Origin: Squalus acanthias
Taxonomy: Eukaryota
DNA length: 64,000 bases
Assembly: GCA_030390025.1 (NCBI GenBank)
Contig: CM059432.1
Location: forward strand, 95,420,001 to 95,484,000
Direction of reading: 5' to 3'
Shown here: piece after piece, positions 26,813 through 39,276 of the stretch
Layout of the letters: each line of letters starts with the position of its first letter
Numbering within the stretch: position 1 is the stretch's first letter
The notes under the pieces: generated by a model
The model's input: the letters and a program-made list of their open reading frames with translations, nothing else
What the model was told of the DNA's origin: nothing
The model's database searches: none
Made by a program: the position numbers and the translations under genes

Positions 26813-27803
26813 TTTGTGTCTGTCACAGAAACTGCCACTGGATTTAATCCTTTACCCACAAGAAATCTCAGGAACAATCCTAGGACAAATTTGAACATGT
26901 GAAATTTGGATCAATTTTTGTTTTTGTTTTAGCTATTATACCATAAAGTATGCTTTGTAAATAACATTTTTCAGGTTAAAGTAAATTACAATTTACCCCC
27001 AAAAATAATAATTGAAATCAGCTCTGAAGTGATAGTGATTTGTCACATTTAAGGTAAGAAACATTTCTATTTCTAGCCTATATACAGTTACATGTAATTA
27101 TACTTTGATCACAGAAAATTATTTGCAGGAGAATCATCAAACAACTTTAAATGGATATTAATTTTCTCATATTTTTGATTTCTCCCCATTTTATTTCTAT
27201 AATGTTCAATAATTTTTTGTCGAGTGAGATAATTTCAACTGTATCTTCCTTAAGGGCCACTCTCAGAAATGTCAAAACACTGGGAGCAAAATTGGGTTTG
27301 GTAGCGCCTGTTTTTTGGGTGCTCTAAGTCCCCTTAGGGTTCCAAAATGGTGTCCACGGTGCATGCGCACACTTCTGATGTGAAGCGCGCCAGGCGCCAT
27401 ATTGGTGAAGGTGCTAGTTTGCTTAACGTCCGCCGGAAGTATGCAGATCAGGCAGATCATGACGACAATCAGCGTGCAACGCTAATTTGACACCAGCGCT
27501 GCCATTTTGGAGCTCCCCACTCCAGCTGATGCCTTCTCTTAACCTCCCACAGCTGAACACGCATTCAACTGCATGAAGGACGCCCCCACCCCCACTCCCA
27601 CCAGTGCTATTTAAGGGGATCATCAACTACTTTCAGGTTAGTTGCTAGATTATTTCTTCTGGCTGTTGTTGCTATTATACATGTTTTGTGAGCTTTTCCA
27701 TAGTTGTTAAAAGTTTCAGTAGTCTACAGGGAGTGGTCTGGCTGGTGCTGAAGTACTTTTTTGCTAACTTAAAGGCTTGTGCACAAACCAATTGTTTCCA
27801 GAC

Positions 27804-28990
27804 ATGGGTGCACTAGTAAGCCTTCCTCTTGGAATCGAGCATGACTGGGAGAATGAACAGAGGCCATGCAGAGCAGGACAAGCTGCTAGAAGAGGGAGGA
27901 GGATGAGGGGGAGAACGGCTCTCAGCAGGAGGCCACATCCACCCAGGGTGTTCAGGAAGCAGTTCTCCTACCTGAACCTCAGCGACAACCAATGTGTGAG
28001 ACTTCTGTGCTTCACTAAGGAGCTCATCATCACTGAAATCTGCCAAATGCTGAAGCCACAACTCTAACCTCAGAGCAGGGCAAGAATCGCATTGCCAGTG
28101 GCTGTGAAGGTGACCATGACGATGAACTTGTGTGTGTCTGGCTCCTTCCAGGCTGCTGCTGGAGATATTAGCAACATCTCGCAGTTTGCAGTGCACTGTT
28201 GCATAAGGGAGGCCACTGGGACTCTCTATTCAAAGAGAGATAACTTCGTTTTATTCCCCCTTTCCAGAAAGAAGCAGGCGTAGTGAGCACGAGGGTTTGC
28301 AAGGATTGTAGGCTTCCCCATAATGCAGGGTGCCAATGACTGGACACACATTGCTTTGCATCTTCCTCATGTCAACTCTGCCATGTACCTGAACCAAAAG
28401 GGATTCCGCTCCCTCAACATGCAGCTGGTGTGTGACCATAGGCAGTGCATCATGCAGGTCAATGCCCAGTATCCTGGCAGCAGTCATGATGCGATCATTC
28501 TGCGGCAGTCCTCTGGGCCTGCTATATTTCAACCACCACAGCAAACCAAAGGGTGGCTACTGGGAGACAAGGGCTAGCCACTGACGACATGGCTCATGAC
28601 TCCGGTTTGCTACCCTCGCACACGTGCGCAGCATGTATACAATGAGAGCCATGCTGCCACAAGAGATCAGACAGAGCAGACCATTGGCATGCTGAAGCAA
28701 TGATTCCGCTGCCTGGATCGCTCTGGAGGAGCCCTGCAGTACTAGGCAGAGCGGGTCTCATGATTTGTGGTGTTATGCTACATGCTGCACAACCTTGCCA
28801 TCATGAGGGAACAGCCCTTGCCACCACCTATCAGGCGAGAAGCTGAGGAGCAAGAGCACGAGGAGAAGGAGGAGGAAGAGGAGGAGGAGGAAGCAGAAGG
28901 GAGGAGGAAGCAGAAGGGAGGAGGCAACCTAGACAGCCCCTTTCTGCCTGGGCTGTATGTGAAGAACTAATTCAAGTGCAATACCAGTAG
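27804..28990 (+). pseudogene. Harbinger DDE transposase pseudogene
   Basis: MGALVS start, GANDWTH, YPGSSHDAIIL, LLGDKG*, CYMLHNL and a poly-E tail. Multiple stops and frameshifts. Homologous to 36924-38084. Confidence 0.85.
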
Positions 28991-29161
28991 CCTCAACCCC
29001 AATTCCCCATTCACCAACAGTCCCATACACCTTACTTTCCCCTTGTCACTGACCATCACATCGTCCTCTTGGTCACAAGCTAAAAATAAAAACCAACACA
29101 AAATACACATTCCAAACAAAATTTATAAATTAAATCATGCCATATTGCATACAAAATTAAA

Positions 29162-31030
29162 CTAATCACCCTTGTGCTTTCCCTTGGTGCCTGTCTTCTG
29201 TGTGCCTTTGATTGTCCTAGTGCTCCTACGAAGTGGTACCCCAGTGGCTGCAGCATGGCTGGTGGAAGGCTGCTGACTTTCAGTGGAGGAGACGGCAGAT
29301 GGCCTTGGAGGATGACCTTGAGCAGCTCTGGGCCTAGAAGGCCCAGGTTCGGACTGCACCTTCTCAGCATGGGTGGCAGCAGCCTGGGCTGGCTGGCTGA
29401 CAGGCAACAGCAAGGACACTGGCAGAGTGGCTGGGGTGGGCTCATGAATGCTGTGGTCATGAGAGAGGACAGCAGGTTTGTGCTCCATGCAGCCACTGTC
29501 ACTCCCCCAGGGCAGCGCCTCAGCAATCCTAGTAATCTGTTGGAGGATAGATTGCTGGAATGCTGTGACACTCTGTAAGCCCATTTGAACACTGGTATCC
29601 TGAGCCATGATGGCAGCAGTCTGAGCTTCCACTGCAGTACTCAGACATTGGGTGGCTGCTGCTTGTGCTGCAATGGAAGCTGAGACACCAGCCATCAGAA
29701 GCTGCATCATGGTTGGTTCCACAAGTGTGTTGATGGAGTTGGCCACCACTTCCATGCTGGAACGGATGGGCTCCAAGCTCTGCACAAAGCCCTGTGCCAA
29801 GTTGGTGCCAGACTCCTTCATGCTCAATGACAGCGAAAGCAGGCTTCCCAATGTACCAAGCATTTTGTTGTGTACACCTATCAGCCTTTTTCTGCAGCTT
29901 GGCCCATCAAAGTCCGCAACTGAGACCTCTGCCGCAGAACTCCTGTGCGACCTCGCCTTCCGATGAGCTGGCACCTGCGCTCTCCTTTCCCCCTGCCTTG
30001 GCTGCAGCGTATTTGTGTCCAGTGTCTCACCACGTGCAGATCCTGCCTCTATGCTATCCTCTAACTTATGTGTAGTGCCAGTATCTGAGCTGGTGGCTGC
30101 GAGTATGAAATCGAGTGACGGTGTCTCTTCATCATCACTGTCTTCTTGGTCTTCCTCCACTGCCTGGGCAGGTTGCAGTTCTTGGGTATCTGAAAGGAAA
30201 AAGGGACAAGGGTGGGTTGTGATGCGGGGAGAGAAGAAAGTAAGAAGTGCATGCTTACACCATCTGTAGCTTGTAAGTCAGAAGAGATTGTGGGATGAGG
30301 GGTAAGTGGGATGTGAGAAGGAGAATTAGGTATGAGGATACTGTCAACTTCAATGGATTCAGCCCTGCCGGTGGCCACGGCCTCAGCAATGGCCCTTCCC
30401 ATAATGGCCAGCACCATCTCCTCCATGGGGGATAGAACATGCAGGCACGCCTCGCCCCCTCTCCAGTTAGTTCTTGCTGCCACCTTCTCCTGCAAGAGAG
30501 AGGAGAGGGAGGGAAGTGTGTCAGTGAGCATCGTGCAATACATTTGGTGATGTGGCTGTCATGGTTGAATAGTTGGTAGTGTGTGCAAAGTGTGAGATGT
30601 GGGTGTGAGGCTTGCAACAGTGCTAAGTGTGTGAGGGTGAGGTGAAGCATATGAATATTAGATATGAGTCCTGATTGATAGAGATTGTTGGTTGGTGAAT
30701 GATGGGGATGTGGTGAATTGAATAGTGGCTGAGGCTAGTGGTGAATTTGGTAGGATGTGGTATTTGAAGATGCATTCACTGACCTTGATCACCCATGTGA
30801 TGTCATTGCACTTCTTGTGGGACTGCATCCAGGTCCTTGGGGCTGGTTTTGACCTCTATGGCTATCTATTCCCACTGCCTTCTCATCATGCATTTGGAGG
30901 GCCTCCTGGTCCCCTGCTGATACAGGACATCTCTCCTCCTTTCCACCTGTTCCACCAAGACCTCCAGTGCAGCTTCCAAAAACCTTGATGCACGCTCTCT
31001 TCCATGGTCAGCTATTGCTGTTTGTTGCAT
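29162..31030 (-). pseudogene. Harbinger Myb/SANT-like protein pseudogene (3 exons: ~31030-30784, ~30489-30340, ~30189-29162)
   Basis: Exon 1 reads RERASRF..LEVLVEQVERRRDVLY..QWE..WMQ.HKKCND, followed by a GTCAGT donor. The 332-aa last-exon ORF shares its C-terminal GPSRPR...QQPSTS...PLRRS with the copy at 38384. Confidence 0.75.
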
Positions 31031-32014
31031 AGCACACCATTCCCAATGATCTCAGCACCTCCAGCAGTCAACAATGCACCTTCACTTTATGAGGTGTAGG
31101 CTAGCTTTAAGCAGTGCAGACTTGCTTTAAGTAGTGCTAGGAAGTAACAATATTTGGCCCCCTGCTGATGCGTGCAGCCAATGAACAGCGCAGTTAGTGC
31201 TGGCTGCACGCAGAAATCATTATAATGAGCAGGCAGCACGAAGTTGGAGTGCTGCCTGCATTACACTGAAGGGGCATGGGGTAATTGCGCATAGTGATCC
31301 CTGCACCCGTTTTCGGGGGCTATCTAATTTAACCCCCATAGTACCACTGAGTGCTGGAATGTAGTTCTGCTCCTATGATTCCCTGAACATGAGTTCCTGA
31401 TTTCAATCATGCCACAGAGAACAGTTGCCAAATGGAGATCAGGCATTTCCCCACAGGAAGAGAAAAACACCCTGCAGAGCCAATAGTTCTACTTTATAAG
31501 GGCCCCTTACTTGCTGGATGGAAGCTGGGACAACTCTGCTTCCCAATAGCATTGCTTTGCCTTCTTTGGCTGAAAAGGAAAGGAAAGAGAATTGACAAAT
31601 TCTCAGTTTGAGCAACAGTCCACAGCTGGACAAGTCCTGAATGAAGGCCCAGAAGAACATGGAGCAGCAAGTCAGTTGAGGACTGCAGAATAAGGGGAGG
31701 TGGGCTGTATTATAAGTAGGTTGCTAACTAAAACAAATTGTCATCCTGTCATCTTGGTTATAGACTATTCCATAGCCTGCACGAAAAAAACTGCATGGTC
31801 AGCAAGCAGGGCCCAGAATTCACGTAGGGTGGCTGGGTAATGTTAATTTTTGCCTTCGTTCCAATGGAATACTTGACTCATTTTGTGAGGTGCTACGTAC
31901 AGTAACCCAGTCAAGAACTAATAAAACTCAGCCAGTTTAGGTAGGGGAGTAAGATTGACAGAGAGCTCAGACTTCTGGCTGAGAATCAAATGCTTAATCT
32001 CTTGCGCTCTTGTA

Positions 32015-32203
32015 AACGATAGACCATATAAACATTTAAGAATAGGTTAGATAGGTGGTTGAAGGAAAAGGAAATAAATGGATATGGGGACAGAGCAGAC
32101 ACGTGGGATTAGGACTACTGCTTATGTGGAGGATAAACACCAACATATACTGGTTGGGCTGAATGGCCTGTTTCCATGTCGTAATTTCTATGCTATTCTA
32201 TGT
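32015..32203 (+). mobile_element. CR1 3' tail fragment
   Basis: FKNRLDRWL...GYG, then GGGCTGAATGGCCTG and a (TTCTATG)-type tail. Confidence 0.65.
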
Positions 32204-32285
32204 ACGATATAATTTTGTAAGATTCAAGGTAATGAAACAGTGAGATTTGCAAAAACAAATTCTATTTTCTGCTATAATGTTAAAG

Positions 32286-32619
32286 CAGAGGTGTCCAATT
32301 TACGGCCTTAGAGCCATGTGTGGTTCCCAAACCCTGGTAATCTGGCCCATGGAAAGCCAAGCAAATCATTTCTATTTGCTCTTAACTTTCTCGTTGTTGG
32401 TTTCTCCTGCATTTTGTGGGCATGGCGATTTGGAAAGGGCTATTCTCAGCCCTGTTGCCACACTACAGGTTAACTCCTAAATCAGAACATCAAGATCTGT
32501 AACAACAGAAACTTGAGATATATGCAAATTATGGGCACCTGATTTCAATTTATATGTGACTTCAAGCTCCATGGTACATGTCTATGTAGCCTATGAAGAC
32601 AAAAGCTTGCACACCCCTG
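32286..32619. mobile_element. hAT (Charlie-like) non-autonomous element
   Basis: TIRs CAGAGGTGTCCAA ... TTGCACACCCCTG (11/13 match) and subterminal GGCC motifs. TSD not clearly preserved. Confidence 0.55.
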
Positions 32620-32625
32620 CTTTAT

Positions 32626-33775
32626 AAATTGGATTTCATCTTGCGCAGGTCTGTACACTCAGCACAGCGCACCGTGAATTCCTCTTTGACCCTATGCAGT
32701 AAATGACAGTTTAAACAGTAATTTGACTTAAATGGTACAAGTTCTGACCAGCAGAAAGGGTTTTGCTGGTATGCAAAGTAGGTGAGCAGGATTCAGAATT
32801 TGGAGAGTGAATGAAGTTGGCAGGCCCCTGCTCCTCAAACAGTGCTTACATAGCAATGTACTGCCTGACATGCTGTTATGCTTGAGTGTATGCCTATATG
32901 ACAGTAAGTGGGCATGAAGTGAAGGACAGAAGAGAAGCATGATACTCCGCTCGCTATTCTGCAGTATTTTTTTCCCAGTTTTTTCATTCTCAAATTAAAT
33001 TTACAGATATTTATTTAGAACTGTCTTTGGGATATTATGAAAGTGGATTAAGCAAAGAGATACCAATTCATGTATGAATCATGGTTCACTGCACCAGGCA
33101 CAAAGCTGCCATAGGTAACAAAATGGTGCAGCAGGCTCATTGGGCCAGTTGGTCTCCTCTTATTCCTATGTTGCTAAGCCCAGGGACTTTATAAATTATA
33201 AACAAATCAGGGCTAATTTTAACTTTAATTGCCGGCCAAAAAATGGGTGATAGCCATCTGTTTTACACCTCGCTTGATTTTCTTTCCAATTGAAGTCAAC
33301 TTAATGGGGGCAATTTTAACTTTCGTCCAGCGATAAAATTAAAATAACCCACTTAAGTTGTTTTTTCTCTCTCTCTCTCTGCATACGCTGAATGTGATTT
33401 TCAGTTGAAACTGAAGAAAAACATGGGGTCAACCTGGTATGAAACTGCATCCAGAAGTGGTGCATGTTTAATGCAGTTTATAATGAAAAGTCTGCATAAA
33501 TATGGCTAGCCGTCAAACCTGACGAATCCCTCCCCTCCAAGAATCACAAAAGGTTATTCTTACAGGTATATAAAGCTACAGCTGAAACATTTGCCCCAAA
33601 TTCTGACCTTACATTTCCAGTGTATTCAACCCCAAAGTCACAAAGAGTCAGTTCAAAGAAAAATTGGATTTCATCTTCCGCAGGTCTGTACACTCAGCAC
33701 AGCGCACAGTGAATTCCTCTTTGACCCTATGCTACCATGGTGTAAATGGCAGTTTAAACAGTAATTTGACTTAAA
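32626..33775 (+). repeat. Two-copy direct repeat (~107 bp: 32626-32732 and 33661-33775)
   Basis: AAATTGGATTTCATCTT(G/C)CGCAGGTCTGTACACTCAGCACAGCGCAC...GTTTAAACAGTAATTTGACTTAAA occurs twice. The second copy has a short insertion. Confidence 0.85.
33210..33350. mobile_element. Degenerate MITE related to 26672-26812
   Basis: GGGCTAATTTTAACTTT ... TTAAAATAACCC ends. Confidence 0.45.
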
Positions 33776-34880
33776 CCATTGATCATATAGATGACATATT
33801 GTTTGATGTGGCGAGCCAGGCATGTGGGTGGGCTGGAAAGGGCCTGTTTCATTTGGCACTTACTTTACCAACAATCCCAGAAATCTTTAGGTAAACAGGT
33901 GATCCAAAATAAGGTTAGCAAAGGTCCATGAAACTGAAATGTATCTTTAGAAGAGCAGGCTCAAAAAAGCTTTAGTTACAGAATATTATAATATTTACAA
34001 AAGCATACTCACAAACTGAATTAAACGGTAGAGGCTAAGACTTGCCATCTCCATTGTGGTTTAGTTAATTTTATTCAAGTACCTGTAGTTCAAACATGTT
34101 GCTTTCATACATGTTGCTTTAGTAATCAAATATTCAAGATTATTTTATTAAAATAACGACCGTTTAAATATTGATGCATACTCATTCTGTACAAATTCTA
34201 TTTCATGTTTCCAACAGTACAACTGTCAGTCTCTTGTGATGTGTGATGACATTCAGAAAAGAACTTTAACAAGTTTTATCACATGGTAGTTTAACAGGAC
34301 TTTACATGTTCAGTATGTGTTATAGTTATTTCTGAGGTCTTTTATGTTGATTGTTTCAAAAGTACAATAAAGTGGACAATCTTTTTGAGAGAAAATCAGA
34401 AATAGTTTTCTGAGAAAAGTACTCATTCAAAAAAAGCATCAGTACAGCATTAAAAATGGTATACATTGTGATTTAAAAACAATGAAATATATTCTTCTCT
34501 TCTGTGCCATGAGGCAATGAATTTCTTCCACTGCTTTACATCCCGTAGATTGTTCTCTAGGTTGTTTTTGTAATAAAATCTCTTTTTATGTGGGCAGGTT
34601 GTTAGCCTGATGCGGGGTGGTAGTCGCCACTCCACTCCCATAGGATGCAAGTACTCTGCTGAATGTCAACCCAGTATTCAGAGGCCAGAACAGTTGTCTC
34701 CTGCTCGCCGGGGCAATAAAACATATTCGTTTGTATAAATTTGAGACATGGTGGGGGGTGAGGAAAAATTCAACTCACGACATAGAAACATAGAAACATA
34801 GAAGATAGGAGCAGGAGTAGGCCATTCGGCCCCTCGAGCCTGCTCCGCCATTCAATGCGATCATGGCTGATCATCCAAAT

Positions 34881-36509
34881 TTAGTACCCTGTCCCTGCTT
34901 TCTCCCCATATCCCTTGATCCCTTTAGCCGTAAGAAATATATCTAACTCCTTCTTGAATATATTTAATGAATTGGCCTCAACTGCCTTCTGTGGTAGAGA
35001 ATTCCACAGGTTCACCACTCTCTGGGTGAAGAAATTCTTCCTCATCTCAGTCCTAAATGGCTTACCCCTTATCCTTAGACTGTGACCCCTGGTTCTGGAA
35101 TCCCCCACCATCGGGAACAGCCTTCCTGCATCTAGTCTGTCTAGTCCTGTTAGAATTTTATAAGTTTCAATGAGATCCCCTCTCATTCTTCTAAACTCTA
35201 GCGAATATAAGCCTAATCGAACCAATCTCTCTTCATACGTCATTCCTGCCATCCCAGGTATCAGTCTGGTGAATCTTCGCTGCACTCCCTCCATGGCAAG
35301 AACATCCTTCCTCAGATAAGGCGACCAAAACTGCACACAATACTCAAGGTGTGGTCTCACCAAGGCCCTGTACAACTGCAGCAAGACATCCTTGTTCCTG
35401 TACTCGAATCCTCTCACTATGAAGGCCAACATACCATTTGCCTTCTTAACCGCCTGCTGCATCTGCATGCTTACCTTCAGCGACTGGTGCACAAGGACAC
35501 CCAGGTCTCGTTGCACTTCCCCTTTTCCCAATCTATTGCCGTTCAGATAATAATCTGCCTTCCTGTTATTGCCACCAAAGTGGATAACCTCGCATTTATC
35601 CACTTTATACTGCATCTGCCATGCATCTGCCCAATTACCAAACCTGTCCAAATCATACTGGAGTTTCTCTGCATCCTCCTCACAGCACACATGCCCACCC
35701 AGCTTTGTGTCGTCTGCAAACTTGGAGATATTATATCTAGTTCCCTCGTCTAGATCATTAATATATATTGTGAATAACTGGAGTCCTAGCACCGATCCCT
35801 GCGGTACCCCACTAGTCACTGCCTGCCACTCGGAAAAAGACCCATTTATTCCAACTCTTTGCTTCCTGTCTGCCAACCGGTTTTCTATCCAAGTCAGTAC
35901 CTTACCCCCAATCCCGTGTGCTTTAACTTTGCACGCTAATCTCTTATGCGGGACCTTATCGAAAGCCTTCTGAAAGTCCAAATACACCACATCCACTGGT
36001 TCTCCCTTATCTATTCTACCAGTTACATCCTCAAAAAATTCCAGTAGATTAGTCAAGCATGATTTACCTTTTGTAAATCCATGTTGACTTTGTCCGATCC
36101 TGTCACTGTTTTCCAAGTGCTCTGCTATTACATCTTTTATAATGGACTCTAGCATTTTCCCCACTACCGATGTCAGGCTTACCGGTCTGTAATTCCCCGT
36201 TTTTTCTCTACCACCCTTTTTAAATAGTGGGGTTACATTAGCTACCCTCCAATCCATGGCAACTGTGCCAGAGTCTATAGAATTTTGGAAGATGACCAGC
36301 AATGCATCTACTATTTCTAGGGCCACTTCCTTAAGTACCCTAGGATGTAGATTATCAGGCCCTGGGGATTTATCGGCCTTCAATCCCGTCAATTTTCCTA
36401 ACACCATTTCCCTACAAATACTGATTTCATTCAGTTCCTCCCTCTCATGTTCCCTGACATATCTGGGAGTTTATTTGTGTCCTCCTTTGTGAAGACAGAA
36501 CCAAAGTAT
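34881..36509 (-). pseudogene. CR1 ORF2, reverse transcriptase portion
   Basis: 508-aa ORF with KSPGPD, NYRPVSLTS, DFQKAFDKV, GVPQGSVLG and KFADD. Confidence 0.92.
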
Positions 36510-36923
36510 GGGGGAAAAATTCAGTTGGTTGCGCCTCCCGTTAGCGCCTTAAGAGGGCGCTAAACTTTACCGCCGCGATCTCCTGCGCACGCAGGTCTTG
36601 ACGTCATACGAGGGTGCAACGCCCTTGTGGTGCCCCGGAGTGGAAATTGAGTGGCACCCCCATCCTTTCCGCCTGGCGCAACCAACGACCGGAAGACTGG
36701 AACGCTCCCCAGTCGCTGTGGGGCTGGGGGGGCGCTATTTAAAGGGGGCCTCTTCCTGTCTTTCTCTGTGGTTGACATTTTTGCACCACTCGTTCTGAGA
36801 GAGAGAGAGAGAAAGAGAGACTTCTGCATTGAGTCAACGCTGTGTGAGGTAGTTTTGGCTACTGATCATAACTTTGCAGGTACTTTGGTTTTTGACCTTC
36901 ATAACTTTGATTGCCAAGAGACT

Positions 36924-37961
36924 GTGGGGGCTGCACTGATTGGGGGCGTCGTCCTGCGCCACCAGAATCGGAGGACACAGAGACGCAGAGAGAGAGTGGC
37001 AATCATGGCCAGATGGAGGAGGGCCAACAGGCCTCTGTACAGGAGACCTTACCCTCCCAGGGTATATCGCCAACAATTCACATATATTAATATGTCTGAG
37101 GAGCAGTGTTTGCGAAGGCTGCGCTTCAGCAAGGAGGTAGTCACTGAGCTCTGCCACCTGCTGCAGCCAGATCTGCAGCCTCAACTGAGGTCCAGGACGT
37201 CTCTGTCGGTGGCAGTGAAGATCACAGTGGCTCTGAACTTTTATGCCACTGGCTCATTTCAATCAGCTACTAGGGACATCGCCAATATCTCCCAGTTCGC
37301 GGTGCATTGCTGCATCCGTCAGGTCACAAATGCCCTCTTTAAAAGGAGACGAGAGTACATCTCTTTCCCCATGACCCCAGACAAGCAGCAAGAACGCACA
37401 ATGGGCTTTGCTAGGATAGCGGGCTTCCCCATGGTGCAGGGCGCCATTGACTGCACGCATGTGGCTTTGCGAGTTCCACATGAGAATGCTGAGGATTTCC
37501 GCAACAGAAAGGGGTTCCATTCCTTAAATGTTCAGTTGGTCTGTGACCACAGACAGCTGATACTCGCTGTCAATGCCCACTATCCTGGCAGCTGCCATGA
37601 TGCATTCATCCTGCGCCAGACTACTGTGGCAGAACTTTTCCAGGCACCGCATCAGCCAGTTGGTTGGCTTCTCGGGGACAAGGGATATCCACTGAGCACC
37701 TGGCTGATGACACCGCTCCGTACGCCCAACACCCCTGCTGAGCTGCGGTACAACGAGAGCCATCAAGCTACCAGGAACATCGTTGAGCACACAATCGACG
37801 TGCTCAAGCAACGGTTCCGCTGTCTGGACCATTCTGGAGGAGCCCTGCAGTACTCGCCTGAGCGAGTTTCCCTCTTCGTAGTTGTGTGCTGCATGCTGCA
37901 TAACCTGGCAATCCTCAGGACCCAGCCAATGCCACCAGGCCTTGGAGCACCACCAGAGGAG

Positions 37962-37993
<32 letters not shown>

Positions 37994-38084
37994 TGATCAT
38001 CAGCAGCACCAAGGCAGGAGGGAGGCCCACAATGTAGAAACTGGAAGGGCCGTCCGTCAACGGCTGATAGCAAGCCGCTTCTAG
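36924..38084 (+). CDS. Harbinger/HARBI1-like DDE transposase (open frame; ORF track 36651-38084)
   Basis: LRRLRFSK, ALNFYATGS, GAIDCTH, YPGSCHDAFIL, LLGDKGYPL, TRNIVEHTIDVLKQRFRCL, CCMLHNL and an acidic tail. The start was inferred from paralogues (GTG GGG GCT in place of ATG GGT GCx). The next in-frame ATG is at 37005. Confidence 0.9.
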
Positions 38085-38958
38085 GCCCCTGCTGAGGAAA
38101 TGGCTTCTGCCATTGAGAACAACATGAATGAAACCAACCCGCAACCCCTAAGCCGGCCAAGGGAGCAATGATTCCAAAGACCAAACATGTACATTTTGAA
38201 TACAAAAACTTATTTATTTCACAAACTCTGTGTGTGTCATTTCCTCATGACAAACTAATAGAAAGAAACACAAAAACACAGTCATTAACATAACTGGTTC
38301 TCATAACCTGGAGATAATGTTCAAAAGTTTGACCACGAACCTCAGCCTTTAATAAAAAAATGACCAACATTTTGTCACACCTCCTACTTTTTGCCCTTCG
38401 AGGGTGATCTCCTTCCCTTGCGCAGTTCCCCCCTTCCCACCCTACTGCTCCTCCGTAATGGGACCTCAGTGGCTGGAGCAAGGCTGGTGGAAGGTTGCTG
38501 ATTGTCAGAACCTGAGACTGCAGATGCCTTTGAAGGACGGCCTCGACCAGCCCTGGGCCTGGAGGGCCCGGCTGCAGACTGCACCAACTCTGCATGGGCG
38601 GCAGCAGTCTGTCCTACAGGCGGTGGCAAGTGCAGTGGAGAAGTGACAGTGGTGGCAGCAGGAATGCTGTCATCTTGAGAGAGGACAGCAACTCCCTGCT
38701 CGCCCGACACACTGGCACTCCCACGGGGCAGCACTTCAGCATCCGGAGCAATCTGCTGGAGCACAGATTGCTGGCCTGCTGCGGCGCGGTGAGAGCCCCG
38801 GGGAAATGTGTACGAACCATCGAGGATGGCAGCAGTCAGTGCTCGCGTGGCCTCAATATGAGTCTGCAGGAGAGCAGTCAGAGATGGGTTCATGGCAGCC
38901 ATTGACTGAATTGCAGCACTAAACATTTGCGTGGCATCCGCCTGTGCTACAGCGAAGT

Positions 38959-39236
38959 TGTGGCGGATCGCCACCTAAACGGGCACAATCCACTTTTCTG
39001 TCCGTGGACAATAAATCGGGCAGCTTGCCTTTAAGGCGCACGCTGCCTTGAAGGCATGAAAAAAAGAGTGGGCGTCGCCCTCAGTGTGAACTTAAAAAGA
39101 GCGGGCGTCGCCCTCAACCAGTAGGGTTTTGCAGAGAGAAGTTGCAGCAGCCATTTTGCCAAGGAGTATGTAATTAAAAGCCATGTGCTCCACATATTGA
39201 CTCGGCCTCAATTCTTGCTTCGCGGCAGCCACAACA
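38959..39236 (+). repeat. 5' LTR (278 bp)
   Basis: TGTGGCGG...CCACAACA. About 11 mismatches to the 3' LTR by manual count. Confidence 0.95.
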
Positions 39237-39237
39237 T

Positions 39238-39251
39238 TGGTGACCCCGACG
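39238..39251 (+). promoter_or_regulatory. Primer binding site (tRNA-Trp type)
   Basis: TGGTGACCCCGACG lies 1 nt after the LTR and is complementary to the vertebrate tRNA-Trp 3' end (as in the ASLV PBS). Confidence 0.8.
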
Positions 39252-39276
39252 CTCAGAACGTATTCCGAGCACTGCA

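Larger units (their letters stand above)
27282..31337. mobile_element. Degenerate full-length PIF/Harbinger transposon
   Basis: Convergent transposase (+) and Myb/SANT (-) pseudogenes. Decayed TIRs GGGAGCAAAATT ... AATTTAACCCCC. Confidence 0.85.

Noticed and set aside
33705..33745. CACAGTG heptamer suggesting a V(D)J recombination signal
   Set aside because: There is no nonamer at a 12- or 23-bp spacing and no V, D or J segment nearby. The other repeat copy has CACCGTG.
36651..36923. N-terminal 91 codons of the 477-aa ORF as part of the transposase
   Set aside because: The track start is not ATG, the region includes a (GA)n tract and subterminal sequence, and the paralogues start at the MGA position.
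36924..38084. Host domesticated gene HARBI1
   Set aside because: It lies between TIRs with a TSD inside a LINE and has a transposon Myb partner, so it is a transposon copy and no gene symbol was assigned.
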